64,000 nt of DNA. Source: Dudresnaya verticillata. Its lineage: Eukaryota. Every line of letters begins with the position of its first letter. Positions within the stretch are counted from its first letter, which is position 1. Location: positions 1,302,001 through 1,366,000 of the forward strand of contig OZ374562.1 in NCBI GenBank assembly GCA_977862235.1. Reading direction: 5' to 3'. The position numbers and the translations under genes are program-made. This document shows, one piece after another, positions 25,491 to 35,900 of this stretch. Below the pieces are notes generated by a model. The model was not told the DNA's origin, searched no databases, and was given only the letters and a program-made list of their open reading frames with translations.

Positions 25491-28291
25491 GCCTGCAGCG
25501 GTGGTTGTGGCGCTACATAGCGGTTGATCATCGTCGGATGACGTTCTGCCGCGTGCGGCATGGGTCCGCCTCGTGGCGATTGTGGTCGTGCAGCACGGCG
25601 AGCAGCGTCGCGGGTCGCGCGTTCCTTGCAACGTAAATACGCATCAGCGGGGACACCAGCCTTCTCGGCTTCGGTTAGTCCTTCATAGTTGGTAATAACC
25701 TTCATGAAGTCGCTCATGAGAAGGAAGCAGTCCGGCGCGATGTGTCCGCGGGCGTAGCATTGGTGGCATACCAACTGCCGACGCGCGTCTTGACGGGGCG
25801 GGCCTCTGTCCTGCCATCCGGGCCTCGCTCGGTGAACATGAGGAGCATACTCTGAATAGGGAACGCGTGGCGCTGGTACGACCGAGCGCCCAAAGGCGAG
25901 AGCGGGGTCCATATCCCTTGCGTCTTCGTCGTTGACGTAGCTGTCCGTCGGTAGAGCCGAGGTTCGCACCGACGCTTGCTCGTATGCCAAGCACAGATCG
26001 CCTTCGGCGTGTGTTTCCATGTCATCGACAGGGCGGCTAACGTCTCGGAACTCGACGGAGGACTCCGCTATCATAGCGCGCGCTCCAGGCTTCGCGCCTC
26101 TCGTCTGTGGACGCAGTACCCCTCGGGCATCGCCGATGGCGGATCGCGGTGTGCGTACGGCTTGAGCCGGTTTCAGTAGGTCACGTCGTGCTGACGCGGA
26201 ACCGGCTCTGCCGTGTCGTGCGCGGTTGGCATCCCCTTCGTTCTGTGCGAAGTGGACCAGCCGCTCAAATGACGACTCCGCCCTTGGCGTTTCTTCTCGG
26301 AAGCGAGCGACCAGGGACCTGATCGACGGGTCTAACCCGTCGATGTGCAGCGTCATCTTTTCCCAATCGGGATATACGTTACCGCAACGAATACACGCAC
26401 CGGCTAGCCGCATCCCATAGGTCGTCTCGTCCTCGCCTTGCTTCTGGACAGTCGACCGTAGGGCGAGGACAGCGTCCCTGATCGCCGCTGGCGTAGCATA
26501 CGTACGGAGGAGGTACTGTACCGCCTCCGGATACGAGGACACCCCGCCGCGATGGCGAGAAGACGTCGACTTGACGGAGCGGAATTGCGTGGCTGCCGTA
26601 CCTCGCAAGAAGTACGGCAGTGCGACGAACGCTTGGGCTTCGCTCATCTCCAGCGTATCGGCTTCATCCGCGAAACGCGTCAGGAACTCCAGGACAATGA
26701 CGGGGTCGCTGCTGTTGAAGGCGGCGTCCTTCATGGTCAGCTCCAAGCGCTTAATATGGTCCTTGACCTTACCCGTATCGCGCCCTGAGCGTTTTTGCCC
26801 TACGTCTTTGAGACGGTAAGTCCTGTACGATAATAACTGATCGAAAAGGGGGTTGGAGGGGCGTAGCTCCTTCAACCCCTTGAACCGCTTTCCGCGAGGT
26901 CTTGCGGCACTGCCGAGAGCTGGGAAGTCGTCGTCTTCAGACGAAGAGTCTGATGACTCTCCGTCACTTGACGAATCCGAAGAGGACGAGGATGAGTCCC
27001 CACGTCGATGACGGTTCTTCTTCCGTCTCTGACGCAGCTGGCGACGGCGTCTCTTCCGATCCCTACATCTGTGACGATCTTCGCATGAGCTCTCGTCACC
27101 CGACGGTGGACCGTTGCGCCACTTGGCGGTTTCGAGACGCTCTAAGCGAGTCGCAAGTCGCTGAAAGCGTTCGCGTGAGCTAAGCTCGGAATGCGAATGA
27201 ACCGTTACTGCCGGCGGTGGTTGTGAACCCTTGCCTTGGGCGTTTTGGTTCGTCAATAGACGGTCGAGATCGGAGCGAAACCCTTGTAGGGCGCCGTCCC
27301 GATCCTCTTCCAACGTCTGTAGACGACTTACGATTCCTCCGACACTGTCGTCCAGCAACCCGGCGAATCTAGCGAGCATCGCATCGTCTTCCAAGACGCA
27401 CACCTCTCGGATCTGTTCGCGTGGTATCGTTAAGTTGCTCACGCGGACGGCTGAGGGTGACGCCGTTGGCGGTTGGCTTTCGCGATTTGACCGGTCGGGC
27501 GTCCCTTGCACCCTTTGTCTTGGCGACTTCGGCTTAGCCGGCGAGCAACCGGTACTGCCGTGGGGAGTGGGGCAACATGCCCCGTGTGTCAATGGTTCGT
27601 CAGCGACGTTGCGCTCCGCGGAGTGCCCTTGATCGTCGTTGACGGGGATGGTTGGTTGATCCGGAAGTTCCCGTTGTCCCTCGACGATGTCGGCTTGTGT
27701 TCCGTCTACGACGTCCTGTTGCTCGGTTTGTACTGTATCAGCCGAGTCAACGTAGGAGCGGTAGGTGCGGAGGGCCGATCCCTCGGGGACTGAGGTGCGG
27801 ATGACGACGGGGTTGCGCGTCGGCGGGGGAAGTAACTCTCCTCCGTTGAGCGACGCGTGGGAGCCTGCGTGGCGGTGGCCCCGGGTAGGGTCGGGAACGC
27901 CGACGCAATCTCGGGGCTCACGAAGCGCCCAGACCTCGTTGTCATCCGCTGTAGCAACCGTTCCGACGCGGGTACACTCCCAGGCGTCGAAGACGGTCTT
28001 CTTGAACTTGGGCCTCGCCACGGCGGCGGTCGTGAGGCCATGATGCAGTCGTAGAGTTGCTTGAACGTCGTGGACGATTAGCGACAAACGTCTGAAGACG
28101 GAGAGTCGGACGTCGCACGACGTAGTAACTCGTTGAAACGTAGCACAATTCCAGGTCGGGAGACCAGATGTGGTGCAAAGCGTCCAGTGACGATAGACCG
28201 CCGAGCAGTTCGGGGCTCGGTGGGTAGCTGCGCCCTTGGCGGTGTGTAGCCTCGCCTTGGGCGACTTGTGGTAGAGCAAAGGACACGCCAT
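25481..28291 (-). CDS. gag of element C (open frame; true start uncertain, ORF start lies inside the LTR)
   Basis: 936-aa open frame with SYRTYRL...YPEAVQYLLRTYAT block and CCHC knuckle CHQCYARGHIAPDC. Confidence 0.85.
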   Translation of the reverse strand: MACPLLYHKSPKARLHTAKGAATHRAPNCSAVYRHWTLCTTSGLPTWNCATFQRVTTSCDVRLSVFRRLSLIVHDVQATLRLHHGLTTAAVARPKFKKTVFDAWECTRVGTVATADDNEVWALREPRDCVGVPDPTRGHRHAGSHASLNGGELLPPPTRNPVVIRTSVPEGSALRTYRSYVDSADTVQTEQQDVVDGTQADIVEGQRELPDQPTIPVNDDQGHSAERNVADEPLTHGACCPTPHGSTGCSPAKPKSPRQRVQGTPDRSNRESQPPTASPSAVRVSNLTIPREQIREVCVLEDDAMLARFAGLLDDSVGGIVSRLQTLEEDRDGALQGFRSDLDRLLTNQNAQGKGSQPPPAVTVHSHSELSSRERFQRLATRLERLETAKWRNGPPSGDESSCEDRHRCRDRKRRRRQLRQRRKKNRHRRGDSSSSSSDSSSDGESSDSSSEDDDFPALGSAARPRGKRFKGLKELRPSNPLFDQLLSYRTYRLKDVGQKRSGRDTGKVKDHIKRLELTMKDAAFNSSDPVIVLEFLTRFADEADTLEMSEAQAFVALPYFLRGTAATQFRSVKSTSSRHRGGVSSYPEAVQYLLRTYATPAAIRDAVLALRSTVQKQGEDETTYGMRLAGACIRCGNVYPDWEKMTLHIDGLDPSIRSLVARFREETPRAESSFERLVHFAQNEGDANRARHGRAGSASARRDLLKPAQAVRTPRSAIGDARGVLRPQTRGAKPGARAMIAESSVEFRDVSRPVDDMETHAEGDLCLAYEQASVRTSALPTDSYVNDEDARDMDPALAFGRSVVPAPRVPYSEYAPHVHRARPGWQDRGPPRQDARRQLVCHQCYARGHIAPDCFLLMSDFMKVITNYEGLTEAEKAGVPADAYLRCKERATRDAARRAARPQSPRGGPMPHAAERHPTMINRYVAPQPPLQAKN

Positions 28292-29071
28292 GGGCGGACT
28301 GTAAACGCCCGAGGCGGAAAGGAAGTGAAAAGGGAATAGAAAGGAAGCACGTCAGGGACGGTGATAGACGTGGAAGCACGGGAGGTAGACGCTTGAGCCG
28401 TAGGCAGCCGTAGGATACGCGCGTGCGGAACGGGGAAGTCTGGACCAAGGCCGGCTTGCCCGGGCGTTTACTGTTACGTCTGGGACGGCTTACCTAAGTA
28501 TAGTACGGCGGTGCGGCGGCGGCGGTGCGTGTGCGTAGCGCGGGAACTCGGGACACGTGTCGTCCCGAGGTGCGTCTGACAGATCACCCATCGCATGCAG
28601 CCGCGCGCCTGACAGGTTGCCGTACAACCCCCTGTGTGGGTGCTTACACGCACACGTGGACGCGTGTGCCCTACAGCCGTGCGCGCGTGCGTACTGTAGA
28701 GCGTGCGCCTTGGATCTAATCCGATACTTGTCCGATCCCGATCCCATCCGGATCGGGCCAGCAATGCGAACACCCGCAGCCTTACAGGCGCGTATCTTAC
28801 AGCTCAGGCGATCCAGATAGCCAATCTGGATACCGGATCCGGATCCCATCTGGATCCGTATCATAGTGCCCCGGGGCGCCGCGTGGGCCCACCACCGTAC
28901 AGTGCCCGCGTGGCGCGCGGCGCGCAGTGTGCGCGCGCGCCCCAGTGAGCCGTCGATGACGTGTTCGCGCGCCAACGGCGGTGGTGAGCGCCGGTGGTGG
29001 TTTCTCCGTCGGTCGACGTATTTGGTCTGCCCGCTTTCAGCGAAAAAGGGCTCACCTCCCCTTGCACCACA
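28169..29071 (-). repeat. 5' LTR of element C (903 bp)
   Basis: TGTGGTGC...GCACCACA; adjacent PBS (minus TGGTCTCCCGACCTGGA) at 28150-28166. Confidence 0.92.
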
Positions 29072-29763
29072 GTCTACGTGAAAATAATCGAGAAATACGA
29101 ATTTCGAAGTGACTCCGTGACTGGGCACGCCACGATGGCAAACGTATTACAGTGCGCATACTGCGCGCGCGCCATGATGGCATTCGCATTACAGCACGCA
29201 CGTGATACTAAATCGCTGACACCTCCGGACTAATCCCGAGCTGACTTCGTGATCGCGCGCGCCACAATGGCATTCGCATTACAGTGCGCACCCGATACGA
29301 AATCGCTGACACCTTCGTGACTTTCCCGTTGTTTCCCGCGCGTAACGGCACCGGGGCCCACGAGACACGCGCACCTCCGTATGCATCGCTGGCGCACTTC
29401 GTAACCGCCACCATACGTGGGAAGACCGTTCGTTGGCACCGAGGCTGTTACGAATCATTCCAGAACGAACCGTCTCCCGCGTTGACGTGTATCCGTGGTC
29501 ACGTAGTATTACTTAGCCAGTCATCTGGCACAACCTCCGAGGGTTTCCGGTAAGCGACTAGCGCCCGGACCTCGGAGTCTTCGGTAAACGCCTGTTTCTT
29601 CGAGTTCGGTGTCTTCGTCTTCGTGACCGCGGATACCGTCGAGCCTCGCTTTCGATAGCCCCGCGCACCCGGAGTCATCCCCGGCGATCGATCGCTCGAG
29701 TTCTCCCTTCCGCACACGAATACGTTGACACCGTGGTCCTTCGTGTGGGTCGCTCCGCTCTAC
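29072..29763 (+). repeat. 3' LTR of B, piece 2
   Basis: Matches ~6506-7198 of the 5' LTR. Confidence 0.92.
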
Positions 29764-30282
29764 TGTAAGGAAGTGCCTTTTAGGTCTCTTGTGAACTCAA
29801 AGAGTGCACTCAATGAGAAAGCCACAGAGCGGGTACCTGGTAGCGGTGGTAGAGCGGGAGGAACCCAGAGGGTAGACGAGGGCACGTAACCTGATTGGAA
29901 GCACGATACTGAAGGTAGTTCACTGGGCGGGCGGTTAACCGGGCACGGGTGACAAGTGTGCTGCGGTGCCGATAGCTTGGAGACGTAGTTGGGGCCGGAA
30001 GGTGCTTCCCTTTACTGTTCAGTGACCGCTACGGGAGATACCCTTATATGGTACTCCGACTGTCAGGCAGCAACCCTCATACTGGGCTATATACACGCCC
30101 CCTATCCTAAGCTATAATTTCTAAAATAAATACACAGATACTAAGCTACTGACCTGCAGAGTGACACTTGGACCAATCATAGGCTACCCGTCTTGTCCCT
30201 GCTGGCGCCCTACAGGTAACGCTATTTCCGCGTATACACGGGGGCAGAGGGCCCACTTCTGTAAGCCCTTCACTGTATTACA
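29764..30282 (-). repeat. 3' LTR of element E
   Basis: TGTAAGG...ATTACA, direct repeat of 39119-39637. Confidence 0.97.
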
Positions 30283-30591
30283 GAGCTCCCCCCCGAGATT
30301 GCGGCCCGTCCTCGGGACGCCAGGGCAGCCTGCACGTGTTTCGCGCGAACTCATAACCGTTTGGTATCCAGACGGCTCGACGCCCATGACCGTCGTCGGC
30401 CGGCAATCGATCCCGCGTGCAGCAGTACTTCTCTTCCGCAGCAGCATCACCTCAAAGGTTTTTCCAACATGGTCCCACGTCAACCGCAACCAACACCACG
30501 CCGTTCACCACCCCGTCGTCGTCGTCTCTCCAACCCCGACGTGGTCTTTCCAGTCACGCCTTGCGTAAGCCGCGGAGGTTACTACGCCGCG

Positions 30592-32696
30592 ATGGCCCAG
30601 TCTTCCCCCATGGGTGGCCACGGCGGTTTGTCGGCGTTTTCCAACCAGGAGGTGCTGGAGCAGTTTCCACTCCAAGGTTACCTCGTGGACACTCATCCGG
30701 ACAACTACCGCTTCCGGGCGATCCCCGAGGGTAAGCGCGAGAACCAGTGGGTTGCGCGTCTGCGTCACTGTCCGCCGAGCGTCCTCGTTCCGAACCACTA
30801 TGGTAGTGACCTCAAGTGGCTGCGTGTCGGGTCGAAGAAGACTACGTCCCCTCTCTCTACCGCTTCCTTGAGGGTAACCAGTGGGTGAACGAGATCAAGT
30901 TACTTCCTGAGTCACTCCTGGAGTCGAAGCCTTTTCCCGACCAGTGGTGGTTGACCGAGCGGTGGGCCGTGGACATCTGGACGGAGACGCGCATCCGCAA
31001 CCGTACCGATGGTCTCCTAGCGGGGTTTCACAACGTCGAAATGTGGAATATCCCCATGGGTCGGCGTCGTGATTACTATGTGAAGAAACCCAGCTGGTGG
31101 CACGCCATCGAAGGTCCGCGCTCCTTGCCGTCGTTAACTCCGGGAGTGTTGGCGTACTTCGGCGCCCATGCGCGGGACTCGGCGGCGAAGTGGTATTACC
31201 CGGTGTGGTCAATCGCCAAAACCGAGCAGGTACTCCACGTAGCGCTCGCCTTCCTTCAGGCAGCCTACTTTTGCATGTGGGACTCGACGCCCTATACCGA
31301 AGCTGGTTATCATACCCAAGATGGTCTACCGGATGGTCGTCTCTTCCGCTTGTCTAAGACACTCATCGAGGCCATTCGCACCCTCGGGGTTGACCTCATT
31401 TGTGGGGGTAGTACCTTTGCGGGTGACGACTTGGCGGGACTACTGACCGCATCGGAGACCTTCAAGTGGGCTGCTGGCGAGGTTTGGGTTGCGTATGACC
31501 CTGAGGTTGCCGAAGCGGTTGACCGATTTGGTAGGCGACATATCGTTGATAACCGTCCTGATCCGCCTCTATACTCTTTTGGTGAGGCCGGGGGTATGGG
31601 TCGTGGCTGGGGTCACATGGGGCCGAACTCGGAGAGAAACCAAGTGGTCGACGACGATGAGGCGCCCACCTACAGTGGTTACCCCGACCGGGCGCGAGCA
31701 GTGTCAGGGCCAGTGACTCCCGCGAGGACTGCGCGCCTGGGTCTGGGAGCGCGTCCGGGGACTCCAAAGCCACGAGCGGCACCGGGGACAGTAACGCAAA
31801 TGCGTGAGGCGCGTCCGGCGACACCCTCACGGGCACCCTCCACTGGCTTACCCCCGATGGTAACTCGCGAAGCGGCGGTTGGACAAGTTAACCCATTGGC
31901 TTCGCCGAGTGGTCCCTCTTGTGCAGCGACGGTCCCAGCTGGAACGACCCTTTCTACCTCTGGTCACCTTAAATTTGGTCGACTTCAAGAGGCGTGTCGC
32001 GCTGCAAAGGTTCCGGTACCGGAAACTGTAGAGGAGGCTCTGGATGCCGCTCGGGAGTGGGTGTCGAAGGAGGCTCTCCTGACCTGGTTACTCCGGGAGG
32101 TGGCCCAGATGGGGAACTTCCAAGTGAACCAACTCGGTAACCATATGGCAACGATGGACCGTTTGGGAACCGGAGTGGCCAACGTCCGGGCGTCTCTTGC
32201 GAGTATGGCGGCGGCGATGCCGCAGAACTCCACGAGTTTCGTCACCTCCTGTACCAAGTTCACCCGGGAGGTCTTACGCAAGAGAGATATTCAGCCGAAG
32301 GCTTCCGCTCATGGCGCGACCGATTCGCTAACCCAAGTGGTGAACTATCAACCGGGTGACCCTTTGGCTCTGGCGTCGCCGGGGCCCGTTCAGGGAGCTG
32401 AGCGGCAATCCGCAGCTCCGTCGGATATTACCAAGATGGTTGTGGGGGGGCCGCCTAAGGAGACTCCAGCTGGCTCCTCTACCTATCAGGTGACGCAGCC
32501 TCTTCCTGCAGGGGTTACTACCAGTGTGGCTACTCCCGTGGAGGTAGGGAGCCGAGCGGCGCTGCCCGAAGCGACTCCTAGAGTTACCACACCTGCGGAG
32601 ACTCGTAGGGCGTCTCCTTTCCAACCCCGTCGCCTTGCGTCTTCTCGTTCGGGCGACTTCGAGGAGTCGATTGGGAAACGTTCCCGTTACCAGTAG
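30592..32696 (+). CDS. Antisense extra ORF of element E, unknown function (626-aa open frame 30816-32696; probable 5' part from ATG 30592 joined by one frameshift)
   Basis: Long Trp/Tyr-rich open frame opposite gag-pol; AATAAA at 32741-32746, 45 nt after the stop; resembles the antisense ORF of B. Confidence 0.7.
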
Positions 32697-32932
32697 GTAC
32701 TCTAATTAGATGAGCCTCTAGGGTGACCTGACGAGTGTCCAATAAAATATCTTCTGTCTTGTGATGTATCTCCCTGTGTGGCTGTCCTTTGTCTTGGTTT
32801 CTAAAAGAGTACAGTGTACTGTAGGCAAGTGGCGTAGAATAAATAGAAAAAGTGAAGAGGGGGTAAGACCTAGTGCCGATTCATTTGACTCCATGAGATA
32901 ACGCCGTCGCGAGACCTGTTGATTGGGTGACG

Positions 32933-35900
32933 CTAACTCCCTGAGTGACGCTTCACGAGATACTTTGGAGTCTGCGAAAATCCACGAAGTCTACACCCCC
33001 CCAGCTCCAGGCGGTGGCGTCTTGTCAAACCGGCGCCAGTAGCAAAGTTGTGAGGGATGTGCGCGGGTGGCTCCCAAGTATCGTCGTTAGGGGCATAACC
33101 ATACCAGCGAACCTTATATTGGTAACCACTGTCGGTGACACGGTGCTTAACCAAGTGGTCAACTGTATAGTAATCCGAGTGGGTGGTCGCCGTAGGCAGC
33201 GGAGGAGCCGATGGTGGATCCTGAGTAATTTCCGGGTCGTCGAGAGGGGCGCGGGGACCACGATGAGGGTCAACCGAAATGCGGTCTTGTGAAACGGTAT
33301 TAAAAAGTCCATATTGCTTAATAGTAACCGTATGGTTGGCATGAACGGCGGTAACCAGAAAGGGTCCGGTCGCTTTGGGCAAAAGTTTCCTAGAAAGGTT
33401 CTGCTCCTCGGCGGGGTCGACGAGGGACGCCTGTCGTTCACCAACTTGGCGTTTAGTGAACTTAGGGCGATCGAGGTAAACCCAATCACCAACAGTAACC
33501 GAGAAAGGCCGTGCCACGGAGGTGTCAAAGGCAGATTTGTAACGTTGTTGGGCAGCCGTAATGGTGACCTTAGCGGTAGCAATAGCCTGTTGAAGTTTCC
33601 GAATGGTTAAACGCTTAACCGAAGCAGCGGTGAGTTGCGAATCCAATTGATTGGTAAAGCCCGTTGTGGGAGAACCCTGTAGAGGTATAACCGAAGGTTG
33701 CCGGGATAGGACGAGATCGAAGGGAGAGGTACCCGTAGAGCGGTGAACCTGAAGGTTATACGCATAGGTAAGCGGATGTACGTAACTGTCCCAGTCGCGC
33801 TGATGATCTGCGACGTAATGACGTAACCGCTGGACAAGGGTCTTATTGAACCGTTCGACCTGACCATTGGTCTGGGGGTGGTAAGCGGTTGTAAATAGCT
33901 GACGTAACCCCAGGGTTTGGCAGATCATGGCAAAGAACTTTGACACGAACTGTGGACCATTATCGGAAAGCACATATAGCGGAACACCGTAAGGGTAGAC
34001 CCAGTGGTCGAGAAAAGCTTGCGCAACCGTACGGGCATTGGTATTCCGTAAAGGTATGGCGCGCGTAAGCTTAGAAAACCGATCGGTAATAACCAAGACG
34101 AAACGGTTACCGTGTTCTGTTTTCGGAAAAGGCCCCGCGAGGTCCATAGCAAGGAATTCCAGTGGCCCAGCGGCGGGAAATAACTTAAGGTAGTTCTGAT
34201 GTTTCCGTAAGGTACCCCGATTTTGGACACACTTAGTACAGTCACCCACAACGGCATATGCGTCATTAGCCATATACGGCCAATAAAACTGTCGCCGGAG
34301 GGTATAATACATTCTTGAACCACCAGGGTGTCCGGAAAGGAGAGGATAGTGGGCCAAGTATAGGATACGGGGACGCAGGGACTTTGGCACAACTATCTGA
34401 AGTGCTCCGTCGAGTGTCGCTTGGCGGATTAGAAAACCATTATGGTCCCACTGGAATTGAGAGCCCGCTATACCAATTTGGTTAGCCATCTTTTGGCAAT
34501 AATCATACCGTGATTGTGCCTCTAGGAGTTCTTGCTTGCTAACCTGACGGGGTAAACCTTTTTGGTTTGCCAAGTCACGGACGGTCGGTAAATTGAGCTG
34601 ACGCGGGGTGCTATTTTCAACCGCGAGGGTAAAGCAGGGGATGTCATCGTCCAATGGGGTTTGGTCACTCCCTGGAGTCGAAAGCCTTGACATGGTGTCC
34701 GCCAAATGATGTTCCCTTCCAGGATTGTAGGTGACTAGGAAGTCGAACTCCGAGAGTCTTAAACGCCAACGTGCTAGGCGACCCGATGCATCCGAGAGGT
34801 TTAACAACCACTGAAGGGGTTCGTGGTCGGTTCTAACCGTAAAGCGGTCACCTTCAAGGTAAGGTCGGAGTGTTAAAAGACTCCATACAACGGCGAGACA
34901 TTCCCGTTCGGTAGCCGAACAATTACGCTCAGCGGAATTAAGAGTGCGACTCCAATAACCAATAGGCTGCTTATCCCCTTGTTCGGTTTCTTGAAGTAAA
35001 CAACAACCAACCTGAAGGTCGCACGCATCGGTATCTACGTAATAACGGAATCCCTTTCGAGGTAACGCCAATATGGGTGCCGTTAAAAGACGACGCCGGA
35101 GTTCGTCGAAGGCGTCGTATTCATCCTCTGCGAGTGACTCAAAAGTGAAGGGTTGATCCTTGCGGAGTTTTCTGGAGAGCGGAGACGCAATGCGTGCATA
35201 ATTAGGGACGAATCGTGGATAGACGTTACATACTCCAAGAAATGACCTTAACTCGGTTTGATCCGTGGGAGGTTTCGCCTGGCGTAGTGCGGTAACGTTC
35301 TTGGAGGCGACTTCCAGCTTTCCTGGGCGTATGACATGGCCGAGGTAATCGACGGACGCCTCGAAGAACTTACACTTAGATAACTTAAGAGAAACCCCTG
35401 CGGTTCTTAGTAGATCAAGCACAGTACCTAAATGGTGGAAGTGGTCATTAATACTCCGAGAGTACACGATAACGTCGTCCAGGTAAACCAAAGCGTATTG
35501 CCACTTGCATCGAGATAAGATAATGTCGACTGCCCGTTGGAATGTGGCGGGCGCATTCTTGAGACCAAATGGCATCCTGATAAAACGGTATAACCCTTCG
35601 TGGCAGGTGAACGTCGTCTTATCGCGATCGTCGGGATCGACTTCAACTTGCCAATAGCCACTATTACAGTCCAGTGTCGTAAATATCTTAGCGTCTCCCA
35701 GCGAGTCAATACATTCGCCCATTCGAGGTAACGGATATGAATCTCTCCGAGTAATACTATTAAGTCGGCGATAGTCGACGCAAAAACGTAGAGACCCATC
35801 AGGTTTGGACACCAGGACTACGGGACTGGCCCATTCTGCCCCAGAGGGTTCAATAACGCCTTCGCGTAACATTCGTTGTACTTCCGCCTTTTCGGCTTCC

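Larger units (their letters stand above)
18484..29071 (-). mobile_element. Gypsy retrotransposon C inserted in the 3' LTR of B; 3' half deleted
   Basis: TSD GTCTA (18479-18483 and 29072-29076); 10-bp inverted termini TGTGGTGCAA/TTGCACCACA; LTR 28169-29071 and truncated LTR 18484-19147; PBS 28150-28166 on minus strand. Confidence 0.92.

Noticed and set aside
30816..32696. env gene interpretation of the extra ORF
   Set aside because: Antisense orientation and no clear signal peptide or transmembrane anchor
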